Shown here: in pieces, positions 36,082-44,608 of the stretch
Numbering within the stretch: the first letter of the stretch is position 1
How the letters are laid out: each line of letters starts with the position of its first letter
Origin: Bacilli bacterium
GTDB taxonomy: Bacteria > Bacillota_I > Bacilli_A > RF39 > UBA660
DNA: 59,010 nucleotides
Direction: 5' to 3'
Assembly (NCBI GenBank): GCA_017886705.1
Contig: JAGHJJ010000012.1
Coordinates: forward strand, 1 to 59,010
Translations under genes and position numbers: made by a program
Notes under the pieces: model-generated
Seen by the model: only the letters and a program-made list of their open reading frames with translations
Told to the model about the DNA's origin: nothing
Database searches by the model: none

Positions 36082-36617
36082 TCCTTAATCTCAAAAGTTT
36101 CACAATAGCAATTAGGAATAGAAACAGTCAATAAATTGCCATGTAAATTATGATGCTTAATCAAATGATATAAAGCACGAACTGGAGCTCCATGAGATAC
36201 AACTAAAATATGTTCATTAGGGTGCTTTTTCGTAACATAATCTAAAAAATCTTCACATCTTTTAAATACATCTTGAAGAGCTTCTACTCCTAAATCAGAA
36301 GAGTTTAAATCATAATCCCAATATTTTTTAACATCGTAAAGATCTCTAGATTTACCAGTCAACTCTCCCATATCACGCTCTATTAATCTTTTATCAGGAA
36401 ACGTCTCTACTCTATCACCAATCAAAATAAAGGCTGTCTCAACCGTTCTAACTAAAGGAGACATATAACAAAAATCAAAATGAACATCTTTAAGCTGCTC
36501 CCTTAACTTTTGACATTGTCTTCTTCCTGTATCATTTAACAAATCATTTGACCTACCATTAAGAATATTCTGATAATTCTGTTCCGTTTGTCCATGTCTA
36601 ACCAAAGTAATCTTCAT
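36078..36617 (-). CDS. Histidine phosphatase family protein (phosphoglycerate mutase-like)
   Basis: MKITLVRHGQTEQN (RHG motif) and a distal SHGAP histidine. Confidence 0.85.
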   Translation of the reverse strand: MKITLVRHGQTEQNYQNILNGRSNDLLNDTGRRQCQKLREQLKDVHFDFCYMSPLVRTVETAFILIGDRVETFPDKRLIERDMGELTGKSRDLYDVKKYWDYDLNSSDLGVEALQDVFKRCEDFLDYVTKKHPNEHILVVSHGAPVRALYHLIKHHNLHGNLLTVSIPNCYCETFEIKE

Positions 36618-36689
36618 TATCCATCCTCCTAAACATCTATGATACTTATTAATATATCAAGAAATAATCATTTTAACAACATAACTACA

Positions 36690-36714
36690 TAGAAAAACTA
36701 TCCCGAAGGATAGC
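36690..36714 (-). terminator. Intrinsic terminator after tyrS
   Basis: Minus strand: CTATCC-TTCG-GGATAG followed by TTTTTC. Confidence 0.75.
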
Positions 36715-36717
36715 TTT

Positions 36718-37944
36718 TTAAAATTTACCAATAAAATATTTCTTCTTTCCACGTCTAATAACTACATATTTTTGTTCTATAGAGTCATTTTTTGTAATTT
36801 GAAAATCTAAATCTGTCACTTTTTCACCATTAACACTAATAGATCCATTACTAATAAACTCACGTGCTTCTCTCTTACTAGAACAAATACCAAACTCTAC
36901 TAAGAAATCAACTAAATTAGCTTCCTTCGCAACAAAAGATTCAATACCCTTGAAAGCATCTTCAATCTCTCTAGCAGAAAGTTCTTTAATATTACCACTA
37001 AACAAAGATTCACTTATTTTAACAGCTTCCAAATAAGCTTCTTCACCATGTAAATCTGTAATAATCTCACGTGCAAGTGCCTTATGAGCTTCTCTTAGAT
37101 GAGGGTTCTCTTTGTTAGATTTCTCTAACTCCATAATTTCTTCAGGTGTTAAAAAAGTAAATATTTTTAAGTAAGAAATAACCATTTCATCATCTACATT
37201 TATCAAATACTGATACAATTCATAACTAGAAGTTTTATTACGATCAAGCCATAAAGCATTTCCTTCACTTTTACCAAACTTATTTCCATACTTATCTAAA
37301 ACAAGTGGCATAGTAAAAGCATAAGCATCTTTTCCTGTCTTTTTCTTAATTAAATCAAGTCCTGTTGTAATATTTCCCCATTGATCAGAGCCCTCTGCTT
37401 GTAAAATACATCCCTTATTTTCATATAACCATAAAAAGTCATAACCTTGAATTAAGGTATAAGCAAACTCTGCAAAAGTAATTCCAGTATCTAAACGTCT
37501 ACGAATAATATCTTTATCTAACATATAATTAACATTAATATATTTTCCAACATCACGTAAAAAATCAGTAAGCTCATATCCACGGAACCAGTCATAATTA
37601 TTAACAACTTCTGCCTTTCCATCGAAAATACGACTAACTTGTGCCTTAATACCTTCTAGATTCTTAGCAAGTTGCTCCTTAGAAATAATCTCACGCTCTG
37701 CAGTAGGTCTAGGATCACCAATAAGTCCTGTTGCTCCTCCACAAAGTAAAATTGGATGATGACCAGCTTTAGCTAATCTCTTAGCAGTAACTAAAGATGA
37801 ATAATGTCCCAAATGCAAACTATCCGCAGTAGGATCTGTCCCCCAGTAAAAAGTAATAGGCTCACCGTTTAATTTATCAGCTAAATCATCTCCTGCAGTA
37901 TCCTTAATCAAACCTCTCCATTGTAATTCTTCAAAAAATGTCAT
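36718..37944 (-). CDS. tyrS: Tyrosine--tRNA ligase
   Basis: HIGH-type motif (DSLHLGHY), KMSKS-type motif (KFGKSEG) and a C-terminal S4 domain. Confidence 0.96.
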   Translation of the reverse strand: MTFFEELQWRGLIKDTAGDDLADKLNGEPITFYWGTDPTADSLHLGHYSSLVTAKRLAKAGHHPILLCGGATGLIGDPRPTAEREIISKEQLAKNLEGIKAQVSRIFDGKAEVVNNYDWFRGYELTDFLRDVGKYINVNYMLDKDIIRRRLDTGITFAEFAYTLIQGYDFLWLYENKGCILQAEGSDQWGNITTGLDLIKKKTGKDAYAFTMPLVLDKYGNKFGKSEGNALWLDRNKTSSYELYQYLINVDDEMVISYLKIFTFLTPEEIMELEKSNKENPHLREAHKALAREIITDLHGEEAYLEAVKISESLFSGNIKELSAREIEDAFKGIESFVAKEANLVDFLVEFGICSSKREAREFISNGSISVNGEKVTDLDFQITKNDSIEQKYVVIRRGKKKYFIGKF

Positions 37945-38104
37945 ATTCTCTCCTCCTCTAATTTTAAATCATATATTGTATCTAAATTCACGTTCATAAT
38001 TTAAATTTATTCTACCATTTCTTCTACTAGTAATAGATTTTTTAAAAATATCAAGTAAAACTAAATTAAAAGTCTTATACTCATACTCGCAATCCAAACT
38101 ATCA

Positions 38105-38290
38105 CCTCCAAAAAAAAAGAACAACTCGTCTATAAGGACGAATTGTTCGCGGTACCACCTTACTTTATGGATATCTCCATACACTTAAATATCTTAACGC
38201 GATAAACGTTTTTTCTCCAAATGTCGTAATTCATAATTATTCCTCTCTAGTTTCCACCAACCACTAGATCTCTATCAAAAAAAATAATTA
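38105..38290 (-). promoter_or_regulatory. T-box leader (tyrosine) upstream of tyrS
   Basis: Minus strand: AGAGA Stem-I start (about 38276), candidate UAC specifier (38228-38226), conserved T-box AGTAAGGTGGTACCGCG (38159-38148), and a terminator GAACAATTCGTCC-TTATA-GACGAGTTGTTC plus T9. Confidence 0.85.
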
Positions 38291-38442
38291 CTACTAACCA
38301 TTTATCTATGAAAAATATAAACATATCATATCAGAACAAAAGAATTAAGTAAACTTAATTCGCCTTGGTCACAACCTTCCAAGTTTCCTGCTTCACTGAC
38401 TAGGTATCCCTACTTCTCCACAGGCTTAACATCCGATAGTCG

Positions 38443-38601
38443 CTACCGTAGTTTTTCTTTTTCTAAATAATGATTATATACTGCTCTAGTGCAACCAAAT
38501 GCATTTTGAATTAATTCTCTTTGATTATTCGTAGGATGCATACGAAAATGATAAGCACTATATATAACATTTCTTTCCAATGAAAACAATATATAATACA
38601 T
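38443..38601 (-). pseudogene. Truncated tnpB N-terminal fragment (52 codons)
   Basis: See the mobile-element entry. The frame stops after about 52 codons, whereas intact TnpB proteins are about 350-450 aa. Confidence 0.55.
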
Positions 38602-38616
38602 TTGTTTATATGTCAA
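38588..38616 (-). promoter_or_regulatory. Promoter-like element at the 5' end of the relic (TTGACA-17 nt-TATATT)
   Basis: Minus strand: TTGACA at 38616-38611 and TATATT at 38593-38588, with a 17-nt spacer. Confidence 0.4.
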
Positions 38617-38699
38617 CTGTTTTTTATCAAGTTTTTAAATTTTCATTTTAGAGGAGCAAATTCCTTATTAATAAAAAATATTTTTTGCAAATAGCTAAA

Positions 38700-39659
38700 T
38701 CATTTTTTATGATTTCTAGTATTGTTTTCTACTCTCCTCTGATTTCTAATTCCTCCAGCAATAAATTTATCTTCCAAAGCAAAGTCTATATCTTCAATGA
38801 GCCTATCCACATGAGTAACATAGGAAGTAGTCAAACTATGCTCAAAAACAGCAGTAATATTACCAAAAGAGTCAACATAGATTCCTTCCATACCAGAAAT
38901 ATCAACTATTTCTTGTCCAACAAATGTAAGAATACCCTTAGAAAACTCATATTTTTTTATGGCAGAAACACATCCTCCACAAGACTGAGAAAGTATGAGA
39001 TATCGCTTACTTTCATCCTCATAAATAGCAATTCCCTGAATAGCAGCAGGTAGATTGCGAGAAATAACTTTAGGCATCACCTTAACTTCTCTATCATCAC
39101 TAGAATACTCTAGACTATAAGCAACCAAAGACCCTACTTCAGAGCAAGTAGCAACATAAAGAGTCTGATCAAAATAACAAATAGTAGCAGCACTAACAAT
39201 AGCATCTAAAGCATCTCTACTTCTAATACTAATACCATGATTAGAAATAACGATAGAACTAATATCAATAGAAGATAAATCTAACTTTAAAAGAGAAGTT
39301 CTTCTATCTTTTACCATAGCCTGCTTCATCCTACCATAAGAATAAGTATGAATCTTACCACGAGCACCAGTAACATAAAGTGTATCATGTAAATCATCAT
39401 AAGCAACTCCACCAACATGAGCATGATGATTTAAAGTAATAAGGCCGGTAAGAATTCCTGTAGTAAAGTCAAAAAAATACACTCTGGAATTACGTTCCTT
39501 AAATCCTAACTTTCTCTTAAAAGAAGAAAGCTTTGAATAAGCAGTAACAACAAAATCATTATTAGCAACCGTGTAGCCTTGTACAATATAATTATCTTTT
39601 TCTATTTGGCCAAAATCAAAAGACTTGGACACTACTTTTTTCAATTTCAAAAGCATCAC
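38700..39659 (-). CDS. Hypothetical protein, beta-propeller-like repeats (about 319 aa)
   Basis: Recurrent beta-strand blade-like segments (LYVTGARGKIHTYSY, LYVATCSEVGSLVAYSL, YLILSQSCGGCVSAIKKYEF, GIYVDSFGNITAVFE). No signal peptide. The exact start is uncertain. Confidence 0.6.
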   Translation of the reverse strand: MMLLKLKKVVSKSFDFGQIEKDNYIVQGYTVANNDFVVTAYSKLSSFKRKLGFKERNSRVYFFDFTTGILTGLITLNHHAHVGGVAYDDLHDTLYVTGARGKIHTYSYGRMKQAMVKDRRTSLLKLDLSSIDISSIVISNHGISIRSRDALDAIVSAATICYFDQTLYVATCSEVGSLVAYSLEYSSDDREVKVMPKVISRNLPAAIQGIAIYEDESKRYLILSQSCGGCVSAIKKYEFSKGILTFVGQEIVDISGMEGIYVDSFGNITAVFEHSLTTSYVTHVDRLIEDIDFALEDKFIAGGIRNQRRVENNTRNHKK

Positions 39660-39688
39660 CTATCTATATAATATTACTACATAGTAAA

Positions 39689-39713
39689 ACGATATCAATA
39701 AAATTGATATCGT
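39689..39713 (-). terminator. Hairpin, probable terminator after the YtxH-like gene
   Basis: Perfect 11-bp stem ACGATATCAAT-AAA-ATTGATATCGT. Only a short T-run (TTTAC) follows on the minus strand. Confidence 0.5.
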
Positions 39714-39720
39714 GGAAAAC

Positions 39721-40143
39721 TTATTTCTTTTCTTCTTCTTTTTCTAACTTTTTAAGTACTTCTTTTGTAACATCAATTGCTTTAAGACGTACTTCCTCAG
39801 CAGCATCCCTAAGTACTGGAGTTCCTTTATCGATTGCTAAATCAACTAACTCTTGTGCCTTATCTTTTAATTGAAGAGCTTTTTCTTTAGCAATTTCTAA
39901 AACTTTTTCTTTATCTAAATCAGCAAGTCCAGCCTTGATTTCTTCAACCTTTTTATTAAACTCTTCTTTTACATCTTCCATATCAATATTTTTAATTTGA
40001 GCAACTAATTCATTCATTTTTGCTTTTAATGCTGCTCTTGTTTCACTACCTTTTCTAGGAGCAAATAAAATTCCAAGTCCAGCACCAACAGCTGCTCCAG
40101 CAATAAATTTTCCTATACCTAAGTTCTTTTTTTCTTTACTCAT
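39721..40143 (-). CDS. YtxH-domain general stress-like protein
   Basis: GKFIAGAAVGAGLGILFAPRKGSETR N-terminal YtxH motif followed by a charged coiled coil. Confidence 0.8.
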   Translation of the reverse strand: MSKEKKNLGIGKFIAGAAVGAGLGILFAPRKGSETRAALKAKMNELVAQIKNIDMEDVKEEFNKKVEEIKAGLADLDKEKVLEIAKEKALQLKDKAQELVDLAIDKGTPVLRDAAEEVRLKAIDVTKEVLKKLEKEEEKK

Positions 40144-40427
40144 ATATAATCCTCCTCATCCTTTTTATTTTTATTAAATATTTTAGAAATAATACTAGAA
40201 AAAAGATTAATTACCTTATCACCAATCATAGAAATTCCATAACCTGTTTTATCTAATACTTCAAAAAAACCATTAAAGGAATTAACTTTTTCCTCAACAT
40301 TGTCTACGATTCTATCTACTTTATCTAATACTTGAATCATACGTATTCCTAAAATAATTAACACTATTAATAATATAATACCAAATACGTATAATAATAC
40401 CGGCAAAATAGCATTTAGTATCTCCAT
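40140..40427 (-). CDS. DUF948-like small membrane protein
   Basis: N-terminal transmembrane helix followed by LDKVDRIVDNVEEKVNSFNG. It overlaps the YtxH gene by 4 nt, the usual DUF948-YtxH pairing. Confidence 0.7.
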   Translation of the reverse strand: MEILNAILPVLLYVFGIILLIVLIILGIRMIQVLDKVDRIVDNVEEKVNSFNGFFEVLDKTGYGISMIGDKVINLFSSIISKIFNKNKKDEEDYI

Positions 40428-40439
40428 ACCCTAATCCTC

Positions 40440-41552
40440 CTATTCTTTTTCTTCTTCCTCTTCATACATAGAATCAATTAAATCAAACAAATTATCATCC
40501 GTTGCCGACGAAACAGAATTGGAATCAGATGTTGAATCTGAAACAGAAACTGATACCTTTTCCCTTACTTCTTTTGAGGTGGTAATACTCTTTTCTTTTT
40601 CATCATAATCTTCGGTAACACGACGACCAGTTGCTCTTTCTTTGCTAGAATCTTTATAATCAATATTATATTCTAACCCTAAATCTCTAAAATACTCTTC
40701 TGCATCTCCCATGGTAATCTCAGAAACACTAGGCTTTTCTGCATCATCACTTAAATCTACTAATAAGTTATCTTCTTCAGGAATTTTTTCTTCTTGTTTT
40801 TCAATTCTCTCAGTATAGCCCTCAATATCTGCAACAATATCATCATCTAAATTACCATATGCTTTACGTCTAACATCATCAACACTCATATGTTCTTTAG
40901 CATAACTAGTTAAACGCACTTCTTTTTTAGGAACGATTTCTTCTTTTTTATAATTTTTATCTAAAATTCCATATATAGGAGAAATAATTGGTGAAGGTTT
41001 AAAACCAGTTTTGGTCTCTTTTTTCTCATAAGCACCACCATATTCACGTATAGAAATTGCAGATTCATGCTCTTTTCCACCTTGATATAATACTGGTTCT
41101 TCTTTTTCTCGATATTCATGATGAACTTCTTCTCTTCTGCCATGATATAAATTAGAATAATCTTCTACATTAACTTCTTTATTCTCAACCACTTCAACAA
41201 TCTTAGGTTCAGCATAGTATGACTCTTCTTTAAGTTCTTGATCTTCTACAGCAGGAAACTTAAATTCGTGAGTATCAGCCTCTTCTTTTGCTACATCACG
41301 TTCTGGAGCAATTTCAAAATCTCGATCTGTTGGTACATAATCATCTAATTCTTCTTCCAAAGGTTCTTCTTTTGTTTTTTCAGGTAATACTATCTTCTTC
41401 GCAATAGGTTTAGTTTCATGTACCTTGGTAGATTCCTTAACATCTTTCTTAATTTTCTCCTTTTTTGGCTTTGATTTAGTTTTTGGCTTTTCTTCAACCT
41501 CAACATACTCTTCTTCGAAAAGAGCATTTTTAATTTTATCAAAAACGCCCAT
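40440..41552 (-). CDS. Hyper-acidic hypothetical protein (370 aa)
   Basis: MGVFDKIKNALF amphipathic N-terminus, long E/K/D-rich low-complexity regions, a Ser/Asp repeat VSVSVSDSTSDSNSVSS, and a C-terminal EEEEEKE. Confidence 0.6.
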   Translation of the reverse strand: MGVFDKIKNALFEEEYVEVEEKPKTKSKPKKEKIKKDVKESTKVHETKPIAKKIVLPEKTKEEPLEEELDDYVPTDRDFEIAPERDVAKEEADTHEFKFPAVEDQELKEESYYAEPKIVEVVENKEVNVEDYSNLYHGRREEVHHEYREKEEPVLYQGGKEHESAISIREYGGAYEKKETKTGFKPSPIISPIYGILDKNYKKEEIVPKKEVRLTSYAKEHMSVDDVRRKAYGNLDDDIVADIEGYTERIEKQEEKIPEEDNLLVDLSDDAEKPSVSEITMGDAEEYFRDLGLEYNIDYKDSSKERATGRRVTEDYDEKEKSITTSKEVREKVSVSVSDSTSDSNSVSSATDDNLFDLIDSMYEEEEEKE

Positions 41553-41565
41553 GATCTCACCTCTT

Positions 41566-42234
41566 CTAATTTATTTCGTTAATTTCAAAATTATCCTTGT
41601 CTACACTACCTGCCTCAACATCAGCATCTACATAATCCGCAAATTCCAAAACAGATTCATCAGAATTAGAATGAGATTCAAAAATGTTAAATGACTCTTC
41701 CTTATAACTTAACACATTATCTCCAATTAAGCTTTCTAAAACCTTATCATGGAATTTAACAGATTGTAAAATATAACACATATTATTAATAGCAGGAACT
41801 AAATAATCTTTAGAAACATAAGCTTCAATCTTACTATAATTGAAAACAAATTCAACAAAATATTGATTATCCACTTCACTGATTTCTAAATAACCTGTTT
41901 TCTTATTATAATTTAATTTTTTTGAGTAATATGCATCACGATTTACTTTATAAGTATTCTCCACCTCATGAAAATAACTAATCACATCAATATATAAATA
42001 ATATTTAGTAGAAAAACGATCACGCAATAAAGCATTATAATCATCTTTATTCACAATTTTCATTCCATTAGGAACATAATACTCATAACCATCAAAATTA
42101 ACATTAGCCAAATTAGTCTTCTGAGATAAAATAGTATCAATGTTTTTAGCAAAATCATTGTTACTCAACTGTTTAATACTACATCCTGAAACTAATAATA
42201 GCATAATAGAGAGCAAAACTATTCTTTTTTTCAT
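41566..42234 (-). CDS. Lipoprotein, function unknown (222 aa)
   Basis: Signal peptide with lipobox MKKRIVLLSIMLLLVSGC|S. Confidence 0.75.
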   Translation of the reverse strand: MKKRIVLLSIMLLLVSGCSIKQLSNNDFAKNIDTILSQKTNLANVNFDGYEYYVPNGMKIVNKDDYNALLRDRFSTKYYLYIDVISYFHEVENTYKVNRDAYYSKKLNYNKKTGYLEISEVDNQYFVEFVFNYSKIEAYVSKDYLVPAINNMCYILQSVKFHDKVLESLIGDNVLSYKEESFNIFESHSNSDESVLEFADYVDADVEAGSVDKDNFEINEIN

Positions 42235-42290
42235 ATTTCACCTACTCTTACTACATTATACCAAATTTTTACTAAATGTAAAAAGTTTTT

Positions 42291-42938
42291 CTACATCTTT
42301 ACTTTATTAGACACTTTAACAGCTTCTACACTATAAATAGGCATTCCTTTATTAGAAAACCTATCCTCATACTCTGTTGTAATAAAGCCATCAGGAATAT
42401 TTTGATGTAAATCAAAGGTAAGATTACGTAATACATATCCTGCTTCACTAAAGCTCATTAAAGAATAACAAAATAAAGAAGCATTATCTGTCCTCATCCA
42501 AATATCTTTATCACTTAAGAAAATAGTCTCATACTTCTCTAAAAAAACCTTACTGGATAATCTTCGCAAATGATGTCGATTTTTAGGCCAAGGATCAGAA
42601 AAATTTAAATAAATACGACTAATTTCGTGATCAAATACCTGGTCAATTTCTAAAGCATCCATCCTTACAATAGCCAAATTTTTTAATTCTGGATCAATAA
42701 CAGGTAAACATTTGGCAATCACACTATCATATTTTTCAATACCTATAAAATTAATATTAGGATAACGTTTCGCATGTTCACGAATAAACTTACCTTTTCC
42801 CATTCCAATTTCTATATGAATAGGATTAGAATTACCAAAATAACTAGACCATGTTCCATAATATTGCTTAGGCTCTTTAATTAAGAAAGAAGAAGAATTT
42901 AAAATTTCTTCTTTATTTTTAACATTTCTAAGTCTCAT
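42291..42938 (-). CDS. trmB: tRNA (guanine46-N7)-methyltransferase
   Basis: EIGMGKGKF SAM-binding motif and FSDPWPKNRH. Confidence 0.92.
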   Translation of the reverse strand: MRLRNVKNKEEILNSSSFLIKEPKQYYGTWSSYFGNSNPIHIEIGMGKGKFIREHAKRYPNINFIGIEKYDSVIAKCLPVIDPELKNLAIVRMDALEIDQVFDHEISRIYLNFSDPWPKNRHHLRRLSSKVFLEKYETIFLSDKDIWMRTDNASLFCYSLMSFSEAGYVLRNLTFDLHQNIPDGFITTEYEDRFSNKGMPIYSVEAVKVSNKVKM

Positions 42939-43014
42939 AACATCACATCCATCATATATTATAACAAAAATAATAATATATGCATATAATAAAAAGACTG
43001 GAAAGGAGTAATTT

Positions 43015-43224
43015 ATGAACCAATTTCCATTTCCTTACATGCCAAATCTCAATATGCCACAACAAGCGTTTCCACCAATGCCACCAAAAGATACAAAAAA
43101 TTTAGAACAAGAAATTGAAAAATTAAAAGAAGAAGTAAAAAAACTAAAAAAAAGAGTAACTATATTAGAACAAGGAACACAAAATGATTATTTAAAAAAA
43201 GAGGATGGAATGTATATGTTATGA
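43015..43224 (+). CDS. Small hypothetical protein (69 aa), Pro-rich N-terminus plus coiled coil
   Basis: AAAGGAG Shine-Dalgarno, a strong terminator directly after the stop, and no overlap with other genes. Confidence 0.5.
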   Translation: MNQFPFPYMPNLNMPQQAFPPMPPKDTKNLEQEIEKLKEEVKKLKKRVTILEQGTQNDYLKKEDGMYML

Positions 43225-43246
43225 ACACAATTTGTGTTCTTTTTTG
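43223..43246 (+). terminator. Intrinsic terminator
   Basis: GAACACA-ATT-TGTGTTC followed by TTTTTTG. Confidence 0.8.
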
Positions 43247-43285
43247 TTGAAATAAAAGGATTTATGATATACTAATAAGGAAAGG

Positions 43286-44608
43286 ATGATGGAAATGTTT
43301 AAACTAGTTCGCTTAAAAGAAGAAAAATATGAAGCATTTTTAAAAGACCAACCAAAATCACACTTTTTACAATCCTATGCCTGGGGCGAATTATCCAAAG
43401 TAAAAAAGAACTTAACGCCATATTATTTAGGACTAATAGATGAAAAGAAAAATATAGTTGCAACCGCACTTTTACTTCAAAAACACTTACCTTTAAATTA
43501 TTGCTATTTCTACTGCCCTAGAGGTTATGTAATAGATTATGAAAATGAAGAACTATTAACGGAAATGACCAAACAGATTATCAAATTTGCAAAAAGTAAA
43601 AAAGCCATCTTTGTAAAAATAGATCCTGATTTAATATATAAAGATTATAATTATTTAGATGAAGAGCAATCTCTTCCTTATGACACTAATAAAATCTTTG
43701 AAACTTTAAAAAAGTTAGGATATAAACATCAAGGATTTACTAAAAACTTTGAAACAATGCAACCAAGATATACTTTTAGAATCGACCTAAATCAAAGCTT
43801 AGAAGAAATAGAATCTCATTTTTCAAAGACAACTAAACAGCGTATTGCGAAAGCAAAAAAACTAGATACCTATGTAGAAATTGGTACTGAAAAAGATTTA
43901 AAAGAGTTCTATCATCTAATGACTTTAACCGAAACAAGAAAAGACTTTGTCTCTTATAATGAAGATTATTATAATACATTATATGACATACTAAATGGAG
44001 GAGAAAATAGTAAGGCAACACTATTTTTAGGTAAAGTAGATATCGATAGAACAATAAAAAAGATAAAAGAAAACTTAAAACAAGTAAACAATCAAATATC
44101 CATATTACCAATCGATAATCTAAGTAAAAGTGCAAAAAACAAATTAAATGAACTAACAAAACAAAAAGAAAACTACAATCAAGAAATAAAAAAATATGAA
44201 GAATATAAAAAAGAATATGGAAACAACTTAACTTTAAGTGCTCATATGATTGTAGAATATGCAGATAAAGCCTGGGTATTATATGCAGGAAATCATAATA
44301 TATTAACAGAAACTTATGTAAATTATTATACTTATGAAGAACATATTAAATATTGTAAAGAAAAAGGTCTAAAAGTCTATGACCAGTTTGGTACAATAGG
44401 TGACCTATCAAAAGATAACCCTAGATTTGGACTACATGAATTCAAAAAGAAATTTGGTGGCGACTATATTGAATTTTTAGGAGAATTTGACTATGTTACA
44501 AATAAACTAATGTACTTTATTTTTACAAAACTAGTGCCATTCTATAGAAAAATGATAAGAAATAAAAGTAAGAAGGAGATAGAAAATGAAGTTAAAAACA
44601 CTAAGTGA
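43286..44608 (+). CDS. FemAB-family peptidoglycan aminoacyltransferase (paralog 1)
   Basis: FemABX fold pattern (FLQSYAWGE..., YFYCPRGYVIDYEN, a coiled-coil insertion, YAGN, FGLHEFKKKFGG). The start may be the ATG at 43295. Confidence 0.85.
   Translation: MMEMFKLVRLKEEKYEAFLKDQPKSHFLQSYAWGELSKVKKNLTPYYLGLIDEKKNIVATALLLQKHLPLNYCYFYCPRGYVIDYENEELLTEMTKQIIKFAKSKKAIFVKIDPDLIYKDYNYLDEEQSLPYDTNKIFETLKKLGYKHQGFTKNFETMQPRYTFRIDLNQSLEEIESHFSKTTKQRIAKAKKLDTYVEIGTEKDLKEFYHLMTLTETRKDFVSYNEDYYNTLYDILNGGENSKATLFLGKVDIDRTIKKIKENLKQVNNQISILPIDNLSKSAKNKLNELTKQKENYNQEIKKYEEYKKEYGNNLTLSAHMIVEYADKAWVLYAGNHNILTETYVNYYTYEEHIKYCKEKGLKVYDQFGTIGDLSKDNPRFGLHEFKKKFGGDYIEFLGEFDYVTNKLMYFIFTKLVPFYRKMIRNKSKKEIENEVKNTK

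Larger units (their letters stand above)
38332..38616 (-). mobile_element. Internally deleted IS200/IS605-family tnpB relic (mini-element) with promoter-like 5' end and terminal hairpin
   Basis: The minus-strand frame reads MYYILFSLERNVIYSAYHFRMHPTNNQRELIQNAFGCTRAVYNHYLEKEKLR*RLSDVKPVEK*GYLVSEAGNLEGCDQGE. The first part matches the conserved TnpB N-terminus (Y-x-F/Y-R-x-x-P-x-x-x-Q...FG-x-x-R-x-V-Y-N). The tail resembles TnpB C-termini. It ends in the hairpin GAATTAAG-TTTA-CTTAATTC plus TTTTGTT. Confidence 0.6.

Noticed and set aside
37969-38184. 71-aa ORF from the track (MYGDIHKVRWYREQ...)
   Set aside because: Its 5' half runs through the T-box antiterminator/terminator (GGTGGTACCGCG and the hairpin with T9). 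The full ORF is therefore an artefact. Only the distal 42 codons, which have their own Shine-Dalgarno, are kept as a low-confidence observation.
38341-38463. GC-richer non-coding stretch considered as a possible SRP (4.5S/scRNA) or other housekeeping RNA
   Set aside because: The conserved SRP domain IV motifs are not present in the right order. The stretch is instead in frame with, and explained by, the C-terminal end of a decayed tnpB gene.
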